Of a DNA stretch of 64,000 bases, positions 44,613-54,396 are shown piece after piece; within the stretch, counting starts at the first letter, position 1, and the number at the start of each line of letters is the position of its first letter. This DNA is from an uncultured Candidatus Binatia bacterium (GTDB lineage Bacteria; Desulfobacterota; Binatia; DP-6). Both the position numbers and the translations under genes were made by a program. The notes under the pieces are model-generated. The model did no database searches, had not been told where the DNA came from, and saw only the letters and a list, made by a program, of their open reading frames with translations. The DNA is taken from NCBI GenBank assembly GCA_964432595.1, contig CAYSOF010000011.1:47757-111756 (forward strand), read 5' to 3'.

Positions 44613-47600
44613 ATGCGCATCGCGGCTCTGCTCCTGGCCTGCGCCATCGCGACCCACGCGTTCGCCGCCTCCGGCGACCTCGACCCGACGCTGCTCGGCG
44701 GTCGCGTGCAGACCGACTTCGACGGCTGGTTCGACCAGGCGCAGGCGGTCGTGGTGCAGCCCGACGGCGCGATCGTCGCCGCCGGACTCGTGCGGCGGAA
44801 GATCGGCGAGACGGGCGGCGGCATCCCGCTCTTCCGGGCCGAGCTGGGCCTCGTGCGCTACACGGCGACGGGCGCGATCGACGAGACGTTCGGCGACGAG
44901 GGCATCGTCCGCACCGACTTCGGCGAGGACGTCGACGTGCGCGTGCTGTTGCGCGATCCCGCCGACGGCGACCTGATCGCCGTCGGCAACACGCCGTCGT
45001 TCCCGCGGAAGGTCGTCTTCGCGCGTTACGCGGCGAACGGAACAGCCGACACGAGCGTCGGCGGCGGCACCGGACGCGTCGTCACGGCGGTACCGGGCTT
45101 CGCCTACGCGGGCTACGTGCGTGCCGACGGCACGATCATGATCGGCGGCAGCGGCCTCAACTTGAGCGGCTTCGACGCCTTCCTGCTCGCACGCTTCCTG
45201 GCGAACGGCACGCCCGATCCGGCCTTCGACGGCGACGGGTTTCTGATCTCCAGCCAGGGCGCGGCCATCCGCGGCATGTTCGAGGAGCCGGACGGCGACG
45301 TCGTCGTCGGCGGCTGGGTGCAGAGCGGGAGCATGAACGGCTTCCGCAACGTCGTCGTCGCGCGCTTCACCGCTGCCGGCGCCGTCGACAACGGCTTCGG
45401 CCCGAGCGGCACCGGCCGCACGGTGATCGACTACTTCAACTCCGAGGACGAGGGCCGCGCGCTGACGCGGCTCGCCGACGGCCGGCTCGTCGTCGCGGGC
45501 TTCGCGATCCAGGGCTCGGGCGTGAGCGCGCAGAAGCACTTCGCCCTCGCGTGGCTCGACGCGAACGGCGTCCTCGACCCCGCCGTCGCCGGCGGCACCG
45601 GCAAGGTGACGACCGACGTCGTCGGCGACGGCATCGTGCGCAACCTGCTCGTCCAGTCGGCCGGCGTCGTCGCGGTCGGCGAAACCGGGTCGGGCCTCGA
45701 GGTCACGGCGCTCGCGAGCGACGCCCCGGAGCTGACGCTCGTCCGCTACGGCGCGACGGGCTCGATCGACGCGGCGTTCGGCGACGACGGCACGATCACG
45801 CACCGCCTGCGCGCGACGGAGGCGCCGCGCGCCGCCGTGCTCCAACCGGACGAGAAGCCCGTCGTCGTCGGGCGCGTGCGCGAGGACTGGCACGTGCTGC
45901 GGCTGACGCCCACCGGCCAGGCCGACACCACGTTCGGCAGCGGCGGCCGCGTCCTCATCCAGGGGGACGAGTTCCTCCAGGCCTCCGGGGGGGCGCTCCA
46001 GGACGACGGCAAGATCCTCGTCGCGGGCAGCGGCCTCTGCCGCGTCGACTGCGCCGTGTTCCAGTTCCAGCAGCGCATGGCGCTCACCCGGCACCTGCCC
46101 GACGGCCGGCTGGACGCCCAGTTCGGCGAGCTCGGCCTCGCGATGCCGACGTTCACCAGCGCCAGCTCGCAGGTCGCGATGGGCGCGGTCGTCCTGCCCG
46201 ACGACACGATCCTCGCCGGCGGGACGTCGCGCGCGGCGGTGTTCGGCGAGGACGACGACTTCGCGGTCGCGCACCTGGGCGCGGACGGCACGCCCGACGC
46301 CGCGTACGGTACCGGCGGCCTCGCCCTCGCCGACTTCGCGGGCGGCGACGACGTCGCCGTCGGGATGACCGTGCAGCCCGACGGCAAGGCGATCCTCGTC
46401 GGCGAGGTGCCGCAGGGCAACGGCATCGTGTTCGGCGTCGCGCGCTTCACCACCGCCGGCCAACCCGATCCGACCTTCGGCGGCGACGGCACGGTCACGA
46501 CCGACCTGCCGGGAGTCATCGACCGCGCCCAGAGCGTCATCGTCCAACCCGACGGCACGATCGTCGTCGTCGGCACGAGCTACGACGACCAGTCGGGCGT
46601 CGTCGCCCTGGTGCGTTACACGTCGACCGGCACGCCCGATCCCGCGTTCGGGACGAACGGCATCGTGCTGACGCCGGTGACCGCCAACTTCGACGGCGGC
46701 GCCGACGTCATCCGCCGCGGCGACGGGACGCTGGTCGTGTCCGGCTGGGTCGACTTCGGCGGCGACGAGGACTTCCTCCTGCTCCGCTACCTCGAGAACG
46801 GCACGCTCGATGGTTCGTTCGGCACCGGCGGCATCACCCGCACCGACCCGTTCGGCTTCCACCGCACCGACGAGGCGATCACGCTGACGGAGGCGCCCGA
46901 CGGCCGGCTGCTCGTCATCGGCGACACGGTCCACGCGACGGACGACTTCGTCGTCGCGCGCTTCAGCGCGGGCGGCGTCCTCGACACCGCCTTCGGCGCG
47001 GGCGGGCACATGCTCGTCGACCTCTTCTCCACGCCGGACTACGATCCGCGCGCGGCGCTCCTGCAGCCCGACGGCCGGCTCGTCGGCATCGGCACGACCG
47101 ACGGCATGGGCTTCTTCCGCATGGAAATGGCGGGCGGCCCGCAGGCCACGTTCCCGCCGACGCCACCGTCCACGACCACGAGCACGACCGTGCCCGGCGG
47201 CTCGACGACCACCACGACGACGACGGTTCCGGGCGGCACCACCACGACCACCACGACGACGGTCCCCGGCGGCACGACGACGACCACCACGACCCTGCCC
47301 GCCAGCGCCGAGATCTGCGGCAACTGCGTCGACGACGACGGGGACGGCGACGTCGACTACGACGACGCGCAGTGCTGCGCCGCCACCGGCGCGCTGTCGG
47401 TGCGAAAAGCGCAGCTCAAGCCCGGCACGGCGGGCACGAAGCTGAAGCTCACGGCACAGCTCGGCGGCGCGGGCTTCGCGACCGTCGACCCGACCGGCGC
47501 CGATCTCTACGTCCGGCTCGCCGCGGGCGACGGCACGACGCTCCTCTGCACGCGGATTCCCGCGGCGAGCGTGAAACGCAAGAAGAAGGGCTTCCAGTTC

Positions 47601-47831
47601 GCCGACAAGGGCGGCTCCGTGGCGTCGGGAATCTCCAGCGTCAAGGGCAAGCTCCTGAAGACGCAGCAGCTCCAGCTCGTCATCCAGGGGAAGCGCGCGC
47701 GGACGGGCACGCCGGCGGCGGGCGCCATCGGGCTCACGCTGGCGTACGACGCGGGCGCACGCGGACAGTGCGCAAGCGCGGTGCAGACGTTCCGCACGAT
47801 CGGCAAGAACAAGGGCGTCCGCTACCCCTGA
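44613..47831 (+). CDS. delta-60 repeat domain secreted protein
   Basis: Signal peptide MRIAALLLACAIATHAFA. About 14 repeats of ~60 aa with D[PT]xFGxxG cores (DETFGDEGIV, DPAFDGDGFL, DTTFGSGGRV, DPTFGGDGTV...). Poly-Thr linker and C-terminal recurrent domain. Confidence 0.85.
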   Translation: MRIAALLLACAIATHAFAASGDLDPTLLGGRVQTDFDGWFDQAQAVVVQPDGAIVAAGLVRRKIGETGGGIPLFRAELGLVRYTATGAIDETFGDEGIVRTDFGEDVDVRVLLRDPADGDLIAVGNTPSFPRKVVFARYAANGTADTSVGGGTGRVVTAVPGFAYAGYVRADGTIMIGGSGLNLSGFDAFLLARFLANGTPDPAFDGDGFLISSQGAAIRGMFEEPDGDVVVGGWVQSGSMNGFRNVVVARFTAAGAVDNGFGPSGTGRTVIDYFNSEDEGRALTRLADGRLVVAGFAIQGSGVSAQKHFALAWLDANGVLDPAVAGGTGKVTTDVVGDGIVRNLLVQSAGVVAVGETGSGLEVTALASDAPELTLVRYGATGSIDAAFGDDGTITHRLRATEAPRAAVLQPDEKPVVVGRVREDWHVLRLTPTGQADTTFGSGGRVLIQGDEFLQASGGALQDDGKILVAGSGLCRVDCAVFQFQQRMALTRHLPDGRLDAQFGELGLAMPTFTSASSQVAMGAVVLPDDTILAGGTSRAAVFGEDDDFAVAHLGADGTPDAAYGTGGLALADFAGGDDVAVGMTVQPDGKAILVGEVPQGNGIVFGVARFTTAGQPDPTFGGDGTVTTDLPGVIDRAQSVIVQPDGTIVVVGTSYDDQSGVVALVRYTSTGTPDPAFGTNGIVLTPVTANFDGGADVIRRGDGTLVVSGWVDFGGDEDFLLLRYLENGTLDGSFGTGGITRTDPFGFHRTDEAITLTEAPDGRLLVIGDTVHATDDFVVARFSAGGVLDTAFGAGGHMLVDLFSTPDYDPRAALLQPDGRLVGIGTTDGMGFFRMEMAGGPQATFPPTPPSTTTSTTVPGGSTTTTTTTVPGGTTTTTTTTVPGGTTTTTTTLPASAEICGNCVDDDGDGDVDYDDAQCCAATGALSVRKAQLKPGTAGTKLKLTAQLGGAGFATVDPTGADLYVRLAAGDGTTLLCTRIPAASVKRKKKGFQFADKGGSVASGISSVKGKLLKTQQLQLVIQGKRARTGTPAAGAIGLTLAYDAGARGQCASAVQTFRTIGKNKGVRYP
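47187..47294 (+). repeat. imperfect 36-39-bp tandem repeat x3 encoding the TVPGG(S)T7-8 linker
   Basis: Units accgtgcccggcggctcgacgaccaccacgacgacgacg / gttccgggcggcaccaccacgaccaccacgacgacg / gtccccggcggcacgacgacgaccaccacgacc. Confidence 0.6.
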
Positions 47832-47847
47832 GCGCCGCGCGCGCGGC

Positions 47848-48306
47848 TCACACGTAGGTCGGGCGCAGGTCCTTCCCCCATCGCGCGAGCCACGCCTCGA
47901 TCCGCGCGCCGACGAAGCGCGGGTAGACGTCGCTCAGCGCGGCGATCTTGCCGTCGCGGAACTCCGCCATGAGCTCGATCTCGAGCAGCAGCTCCTCGGA
48001 GTCGCCGCGGCGATACGCGGCCGTCCCGGTGACACGGAGGACGTCGCCCTCGATGCTCGGCGGCGTGCCGCCCGGCAGCACCCGCCGCTCGCAGTGCCGG
48101 TCGAACCCGTCGAGGAACCGCTTGATGGCGGCGTAGACCGCCTCGCGTCCCTCGACGACGCAGTCCCATCGCGGCGTGCCGAGGACCCGGTAGACGAGAT
48201 CGGGCGTCAAGAAGTCGTCGAGCCGCCGCCAGTCGTCGTCCGCATACGTCGCTTCGAACGCCTGCGCGTAGGCGACGAACGTTCCGATCATGTCCGCGTG
48301 CGTCAT
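47848..48306 (-). CDS. SnoaL/NTF2-like domain protein
   Basis: 152 aa. GGAGGAGG RBS before the ATG at 48306. NTF2-like pattern (FVAYAQAFEATYADDDWRRLDDFLTPDLVYRV). Confidence 0.65.
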   Translation of the reverse strand: MTHADMIGTFVAYAQAFEATYADDDWRRLDDFLTPDLVYRVLGTPRWDCVVEGREAVYAAIKRFLDGFDRHCERRVLPGGTPPSIEGDVLRVTGTAAYRRGDSEELLLEIELMAEFRDGKIAALSDVYPRFVGARIEAWLARWGKDLRPTYV

Positions 48307-48378
48307 GGACCGTCCTCCTCCGTAGGGCCTGGACGCCGCGGCGAGCCGTCGCAAGCGGTTTGACCGCCGCCGCACGCG

Positions 48379-49234
48379 ATGCGACACGCGCACATGCCCG
48401 CCCGGCTCGTGCAGCTGCATCGCTTCCCGGTGAAGGGCCTGCGACACGAGCCGATGCAGACCGCCGTCCTCGCGCCCGGGCAGGGCCTGCCGGGCGATCG
48501 ACGCTTCGCCGTCGCTCGCGGCGACACGCGCTGGACGGCGGACTCCCCGCGCTGGCTGCCGAAGCAGTGGTTCGTCATGCTCATGCGCGACACGGCGCTG
48601 ACCCGCGTTCAGGCGCGCGTCGACGGCACGAGCATCGCGCTCACCATGGACGGCCGCGACGAATGCCGCGCGTCGTGGGCGACGTCCGAGGGGCGCACCC
48701 GACTGGACGACTGGCTCAACGACGTCCTCGGCCCGCGTCGCGAGGGCCGCGCGCGCCTCGTCGAAGCCGGTGAGACGTCGCTCACCGACGTCCCGCAGAA
48801 CTGCCTGTCGTTGCTGAACCTGGAAAGCGCGTGACCTCGGCCGCCGGATGGGCTGCGAGATCGATCCGCTGCGATTCCGCGCGAACCTCCTCGTCGACGG
48901 CGTGCCGGCCTGGCGCGAGTTCGATTGGATCGGCCAGGACGTCAGGCTGGGCGACGTCACGCTGTCCATACCGGCCCGCATCCCACGCTGCACCGCGACC
49001 GCGGTGAACCCGGCGACCGGCGCGCGCGACGTGAACGTCGTGCGGGGGCTCCGCACGGCGTTCGGACACTACGACGTGGGCGTGTACGCCGAGGTCGTCC
49101 GCGGGGGAGCGCTCACCGTCGGCGACGAGCTGACGCCGCCCGACGCGCCCGAGTCGCGGTCGTGGGCGGGCCACTGGCTGCGCTTCCTCGGCTTCCTGGC
49201 GCGCGGCGCGCCCGACGTGTTCCGTCGCGGCTGA
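48379..49234 (+). pseudogene. MOSC-domain protein interrupted by a -1/+2 frameshift near 48825-48835
   Basis: ORF 48379-48834 (MOSC N-terminal beta-barrel) ends ...SLLNLESA*. The next frame continues RDLGRRMGCEIDPLRFRANLLVDG...RCTATAVNPATG (MOSC core with conserved Cys). Confidence 0.7.
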
Positions 49235-49240
49235 GCTTGC

Positions 49241-50332
49241 TCAGACCTTGAAGAGGAAGTTCATGACGTCGCCGTCCTTGACGACGTACTCCTTGCCCTC
49301 GGCCCGCAGCTTGCCCGCCTCCTTGGCGCCCTGCTCGCCGCGGCCGGCGATGTAGTCGTCGAAGGCGACCGTCTGCGCGCGGATGAAGCCGCGCTCGAAG
49401 TCGGAATGGATGACGCCGGCCGCCTGCGGCGCGGTGTCCCCCGCATGGATCGTCCACGCGCGCACTTCCTTCTCACCGGCCGTGAAGTACGTCTGCAGGC
49501 CGAGGAGGTGATAGGCGGCGCGGATCAGCCGGTCGAGCCCGGCTTCCTCGAGCCCCATGTCGGCGAGGAACAGGCCCTTCTCCTCGTCGTCGAGCCCCGC
49601 GATCTCGGCCTCCATCGCGGCGCAGATCGCCACCACCTCCGAGCCGTTCTGCTGCGCGTGGGTGCGCACGGCGTCGAGATGCGGGTTGCCCTCGAAGCCG
49701 CGCTCCGCGACGTTGGCGACGTAGAGGACCGGCTTCGCCGTGATGAAGCAGAACGGCTTCAGCAGCGCCCGCTCCTCCTTCGTCCACTCGAGCGCACGCA
49801 CCGGCTTGCCGCCGTCGAGCTGCGCCACGACGCGCTCGAGGATCGCGACGACGGCGCGCGCCTCCTTGTCGCCCGACTGCGCCTGCTTCTTGTGCCGCGC
49901 GAGGCCCTTCTCCGCGGTGGCGAGGTCGGCCAAGGCGAGCTCGGTGTCGATGGTGCCGATGTCGGCGACCGGATCGATGGTGCCCGCGACGTGGACGACG
50001 TTGTCGTCGGCGAAGCAGCGCACCACGTGGACGACCGCGTCGGTCTCGCGGATGTTGGCGAGGAACTGGTTCCCGAGCCCCTCGCCCTTCGACGCGCCCG
50101 CCACCAGCCCCGCGATGTCGACGAACTCGACCGTCGCCGGCACGACCCGCTGCGGGTGGACGATGTCCGCCAGCAGCGCGAGCCGCTTGTCGGGCACCTC
50201 GACGACGCCGACGTTCGGCTCGATCGTGCAGAACGGGTAGTTCTCGGCCGCGATGGCGGCCTTGGTGAGCGCGTTGAACAACGTCGACTTGCCGACGTTG
50301 GGGAGACCGACGATGCCGCACTGGAGACTCAC
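49241..50332 (-). CDS. ychF: redox-regulated ribosome-binding ATPase YchF
   Basis: GTG start giving 363 aa. G1 motif [19 protein letters not shown]-terminal TGS domain ([15 protein letters not shown]). The upstream extension of the 1082-aa ORF is shadow. Confidence 0.9.
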   Translation of the reverse strand: MSLQCGIVGLPNVGKSTLFNALTKAAIAAENYPFCTIEPNVGVVEVPDKRLALLADIVHPQRVVPATVEFVDIAGLVAGASKGEGLGNQFLANIRETDAVVHVVRCFADDNVVHVAGTIDPVADIGTIDTELALADLATAEKGLARHKKQAQSGDKEARAVVAILERVVAQLDGGKPVRALEWTKEERALLKPFCFITAKPVLYVANVAERGFEGNPHLDAVRTHAQQNGSEVVAICAAMEAEIAGLDDEEKGLFLADMGLEEAGLDRLIRAAYHLLGLQTYFTAGEKEVRAWTIHAGDTAPQAAGVIHSDFERGFIRAQTVAFDDYIAGRGEQGAKEAGKLRAEGKEYVVKDGDVMNFLFKV

Positions 50333-50400
50333 GGGGACCTCTTTCGCCTGAGGGTGATCGGCGACCATGCCCGAATACCCCGGGCATGGCCACCCCGCGG

Positions 50401-52380
50401 TCAGTCGCGCCAGCGGCGGCGGCGTCCGGCGGCGGCCAGGATGCGCGCGGGCACCTGCGAGGCGTCCTGGATGATGTGGGCCCCGGACTCCGACACGTTG
50501 ATCGGGTACGGCGACGTGCAGAGCGAGAACGAGGGCGCCGGCGCCGTCCAGTAGTTCGACACGTAGTCGATGTCCCCATAGGGCACGCAGCCGCCGCGAT
50601 CGCTGCCGTACGGCATCTTGAGCCAGCAGAGCGGCAGGGCCGACAGCGTGTCGCACGGCCCGAAGTCGGTGACGCCCGGCGGGTTGTCGAACGACACGTT
50701 CTCTTCGAGCTTCACGTACCGGCTGCCGCCGTCGGTGTAGAACGTGTTGCCGCCCGCTCCGGGACGCTTGCCCGACGCGACGTTGCCGGCGATGCGCTCG
50801 GCGTCGTGCCACCCGCGGCCCTGGCGCGCCTGCGTGTAGATCGCGCCGCCGTCCCACAGCTCCATCAGGAACCGGGTGATGCGGTTGTTGAGGACGCGGT
50901 TGCCGCGGCTGGTCGTCGGCGTCTCCCACATGCCCCACTCGCCGCTGTAGGCGTGCGGCAGCCCCGGAAAGCTGCCGGGATCGTAGAGGCCCCAGCCCCA
51001 GCCGAGCGCGATGCCCGACCACGGCACGTTCGTGATGTCGTTGTGCCGCACGAGCGTGCGCGTCGTGAACCCGACGTAGATGCCGGCGGCGTCGAAGTAC
51101 TCCACGCCGACGCCGTCGATCAGGTTGTTCGTGATGCGGTTGTCGCGGGTGACGTCGGCGCGATGGGTCGGATGATGATCCCGATCGGCGACGCCGCCCA
51201 TCTGGATGGCCGCCGACGAGACGTCGCGGAAGACGTTGCCGACGATGCGGTTGCGCTGCGCGCCCGTGTCGAAGTCGAGCGCGACGCCGCCGAGGTGCTC
51301 GAAGCGGTTGCCCTCGAACACGACCCGTCGCGCGTGGAGGAAGCGCAGGTTGCCCGGCGTCCGCGTGACGTGGCGGGCGTGGCCGATGACGTTCGGCGCA
51401 TGGTCCCAGCCCGTCAGATGGAAGCCGCTCTGGTCGGCGGCGTAGCCGTCGTCGGTGCTCGGTCCGATCCACGTGGCGTGCGCGAACGTGATGCCGCTGA
51501 AGTGGACGCCCGCGATCGGGCGCCGGCGTGTGCCCTGCCCGTCGATCAGCACCTCGAGGACCGGCAGCTCGACGTCGGCACCGGCCATGTCCTGGCCCGG
51601 CAGTGGGATGTAGTACAGCCAGCCCGTCGCGGACGACAGGTACCACTCGCCGGGCTCGTCGAGCAGCTCGTACGCGTTCTCGAAGCGCGTGAGCAGCCGG
51701 AAGGTCCACAGCGAGTCGTCGCCGGGCGGCGCCTGGAAGACGTTCGCGTTCTTCCAGCACGGCTGCTGCATGATCACGAACGGCCCGTCGACGCTCGCGA
51801 CCGGGCACCGCATCATCTTCCACTGCGTCAGCGTGACCGCTTCCACGTCGCGCGGCGTGTGCCACGTGGGCCAGGGATCGAGCACCGCCATGTAGCCCGA
51901 GTCGGTCGGCGCGAAGCCGGCGGGATATGGCGCCGTCTGCGCCCGCACCGCGCGCCGGCCGTCGACCCAGAGCTGCCGGCTGACGACGCCCTCGCCGACC
52001 CAGGCGCGCTGGATGCCCAGCGTGGCGTCGTGCACGGTCCAGCCGCCCACCGGCATGGCGCCGGACACGACGGGCGTCTCTCCCGACGCCGCACGGAAGC
52101 GCAGCGAACGCCCCGCGGACCGGGAGTCCCGGCCGTCGAGGACGAGCGGCTCCGTCAGCCGATGCGTGCCGCCGCGGAGGGTCACGACGACGTCGCGCCG
52201 GCCGTGCGGATCGACGGACCGGGCCTCGTCGCGGGCCCTGGCCAGCGTACGGAACGGGTGGGCACGGCTTCCCGACGCGGCGTCGTCGCCGTCGGGCGAC
52301 ACCCAGACGTGGAGCGGACCCTGCGCGGCGGCCGTCGCCCCCAGCACCATGAGGATCGCGAGCGCGAGCGGCGTCTTCAC
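50401..52380 (-). CDS. secreted right-handed parallel beta-helix (pectate-lyase-like) repeat protein
   Basis: PbH1-type repeats ([64 protein letters not shown]). Signal peptide [23 protein letters not shown] at 52380, or an upstream ATG at 52461 with a Tat-like SFRRRLPIF. Confidence 0.75.
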   Translation of the reverse strand: MKTPLALAILMVLGATAAAQGPLHVWVSPDGDDAASGSRAHPFRTLARARDEARSVDPHGRRDVVVTLRGGTHRLTEPLVLDGRDSRSAGRSLRFRAASGETPVVSGAMPVGGWTVHDATLGIQRAWVGEGVVSRQLWVDGRRAVRAQTAPYPAGFAPTDSGYMAVLDPWPTWHTPRDVEAVTLTQWKMMRCPVASVDGPFVIMQQPCWKNANVFQAPPGDDSLWTFRLLTRFENAYELLDEPGEWYLSSATGWLYYIPLPGQDMAGADVELPVLEVLIDGQGTRRRPIAGVHFSGITFAHATWIGPSTDDGYAADQSGFHLTGWDHAPNVIGHARHVTRTPGNLRFLHARRVVFEGNRFEHLGGVALDFDTGAQRNRIVGNVFRDVSSAAIQMGGVADRDHHPTHRADVTRDNRITNNLIDGVGVEYFDAAGIYVGFTTRTLVRHNDITNVPWSGIALGWGWGLYDPGSFPGLPHAYSGEWGMWETPTTSRGNRVLNNRITRFLMELWDGGAIYTQARQGRGWHDAERIAGNVASGKRPGAGGNTFYTDGGSRYVKLEENVSFDNPPGVTDFGPCDTLSALPLCWLKMPYGSDRGGCVPYGDIDYVSNYWTAPAPSFSLCTSPYPINVSESGAHIIQDASQVPARILAAAGRRRRWRD

Positions 52381-52421
52381 GCCGCGGAATATCGGCAGGC
52401 GACGACGGAAACTGGAGGCGG

Positions 52422-52796
52422 TCAGCCGCGGGGCAGGACCGGCACGCAGTCGGCGCTGCATGCCGCGGACGGGTCGGGGCTGACGGCATGGCGGTGGAGG
52501 ACCGCCCACGTCGGCGTGACGAGCAGCCGCTGGCCGTCCACGACGGCCGTGCCGTCGACGATCAGGCTGTAGTCGTCGGCGGTCCGCACGGGGAAGAGCA
52601 CCGACACGGCGGGACGCGCGCCGGCGTTGCGCGCGCTGCGCGTGCCGACGTCGATCGCCAGCGCGTCGCCGTCCCAGCGGACCGCGCTATGCACCGCGTG
52701 GGGACGCAGATCGTCCGAGACCGTCAGCACGTACGCCCGATCGCCGCGCTCGGCGATCGCGGCGCGCAGTCCGTCGAGCGCGACCGGAATCGACAT
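52422..52796 (-). CDS. pyridoxamine 5'-phosphate oxidase-like (FMN-binding split-barrel) family protein
   Basis: [68 protein letters not shown] matches the PPOX-family N-terminal pattern. Confidence 0.6.
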   Translation of the reverse strand: MSIPVALDGLRAAIAERGDRAYVLTVSDDLRPHAVHSAVRWDGDALAIDVGTRSARNAGARPAVSVLFPVRTADDYSLIVDGTAVVDGQRLLVTPTWAVLHRHAVSPDPSAACSADCVPVLPRG

Positions 52797-52842
52797 GGGT
52801 CACGGATAGCGCCGCCCACCGCGCGACGCCACCCGGACCGCG

Positions 52843-54396
52843 TCAGCCCACCTCGCCCGCCGCCAGCAGCTCCTGCAGCCGTTCGGCCGTCTTGCCCGTC
52901 AGGTTCGACGCCGCGAGGAGCTCGCGCGCCGCCGCCGGCTTCTGGATGACCAGCTCGGCGAAGGCGACCTTGAGCGCCCGGTACTGCATCGACGGATCCT
53001 GGATCGTGCGGGCGCGATCCCATGCCGCTTCCGGATCCGCGGCGCTCAGCGCGGTTGCGAGCGTGAGCCGGAGCGCGTCGGTCTGCTCCGCCCGCGGCAA
53101 GCCGTCGACCCATCGTGCGGCGCGGGCCGGCTCGTCGGTGGCCCATGCCTCCACGACGGCGCCGGTCGCCACGGCGCGGAGCCGGTCGTCGGCGAGCAAC
53201 CGCGTCGCGGCGGCCGCGTCGGCCGGCGCGCCGTCCGCCCACGTCTCGTACACCGCGGTCACCATCTCGCGGTACGTTCCGTAGTTGTCGGCGACGAACG
53301 CCGCGGCCGCCGCGGGATCGGCCTGGCTCCACCCGGCGAGCGCACCCTTCACGCCGCTCGCGCGCAGGAACTCGCTCGCGAGCGCCTCCGCCCACGCCGT
53401 TCCCGCGGCGCCGTCGCCGAGGGCGAGCTTGCCGGCGATGACACGCGCCGCCTCCGCGAGGAGCTCGACGTCCGCGCTCGTCGGCGGCGGCAGCGTTCCG
53501 GCGTTCGCCAGCTCCTCGTACACGTCGGGCGCGTTCGCCAGCTCGGCCTCCGTCACGTTCATCGCGGCGAGGTCGGCCAGGTACTGCGCGTAGTAGTCCT
53601 GCGCCATCGACAGCTCGGCCGTCGACAGATGTCCCGCCGCCGCGCCGGCGTCGGTCTGCGCCATCGCCATCAGAGCGGCGTTCAGCGTCATGGCGCGCTC
53701 GGTGGGTCCGCGCAGCGTGGACGCCCACGCGACGGCGGCTTCGCCGTCCGAGCGCGCCCAGACCGAACCGACCGTCGCATACGCCTGCATGCGACGGAGC
53801 GGCGACGTCATCGCCTTCGCGACCGCGATGCCGTCCGTCGGGCTCCGCTGCGCCAGCGCGCCCGCGATCTGCACGAGCGCGGTGTCGCGGTAGTCGTCGA
53901 CGAGCCAGGCGTCGGCCCACGCGAGCGCCTCGTCCGCATCCCGGCGCGTCAGGTGCAGCACGAAGCGACGCAGCGGCGCGAGCACCGCCTCGGACGTCGC
54001 CTCCGCCGGCTCGAGCGTCGCGAGCGCGTCGCGCAGCCCGTCGGCGAGTTGGGCGAGCTGGCGCTCTCGTCCGTCGACCTCGAGCAGCATCAGATACTTC
54101 TCGAAGCCGGCCGCGTCCGCCCGGAGCCAGTCCGTCAGGATGGCGGCCAGGACCGCCCGGCGCCGCGACGGGTCGTCGATGCGCAACGCCGCCTCGACGA
54201 GCGCCTGGAAGTCGCGCTCCGTGCCGCCCGTGCTCACCGGCTCGACGTCAGGAGCGTCCGGCGCCGCCGCCACCGATGCCGATGGCGGTGGCGCGACCTG
54301 TTCCGGCGGCGAGGGCGGGCTCGCCGTGAAGTAGACGAGCACGACGACCAACGTCGCTGCCGCGATCGCCACCCACGCGAGCCCGCCCCGCCGCAT
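52843..54396 (-). CDS. hypothetical membrane-anchored Ala-rich protein (517 aa)
   Basis: Start MRRGGLAWVAIAAATLVVVLVYF (TM anchor), ATG at 54396 overlapping the upstream stop (ATGA). The upstream 197 codons of the ORF are Arg/Gly shadow. Confidence 0.55.
   Translation of the reverse strand: MRRGGLAWVAIAAATLVVVLVYFTASPPSPPEQVAPPPSASVAAAPDAPDVEPVSTGGTERDFQALVEAALRIDDPSRRRAVLAAILTDWLRADAAGFEKYLMLLEVDGRERQLAQLADGLRDALATLEPAEATSEAVLAPLRRFVLHLTRRDADEALAWADAWLVDDYRDTALVQIAGALAQRSPTDGIAVAKAMTSPLRRMQAYATVGSVWARSDGEAAVAWASTLRGPTERAMTLNAALMAMAQTDAGAAAGHLSTAELSMAQDYYAQYLADLAAMNVTEAELANAPDVYEELANAGTLPPPTSADVELLAEAARVIAGKLALGDGAAGTAWAEALASEFLRASGVKGALAGWSQADPAAAAAFVADNYGTYREMVTAVYETWADGAPADAAAATRLLADDRLRAVATGAVVEAWATDEPARAARWVDGLPRAEQTDALRLTLATALSAADPEAAWDRARTIQDPSMQYRALKVAFAELVIQKPAAARELLAASNLTGKTAERLQELLAAGEVG

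Noticed and set aside
43494-47857. 1171-aa minus and 1098-aa plus ORFs over the delta-60 gene
   Set aside because: Alternative frames. The selected frame shows ~14 regular DxxFGxxG repeats and a signal peptide.
49241-52489. Upstream 700 codons of the 1082-aa minus ORF; 728-aa plus ORF 50386-52572
   Set aside because: Only the C-terminal 363 codons form YchF (GTG start at 50332). The rest is antisense or shadow of the beta-helix gene.
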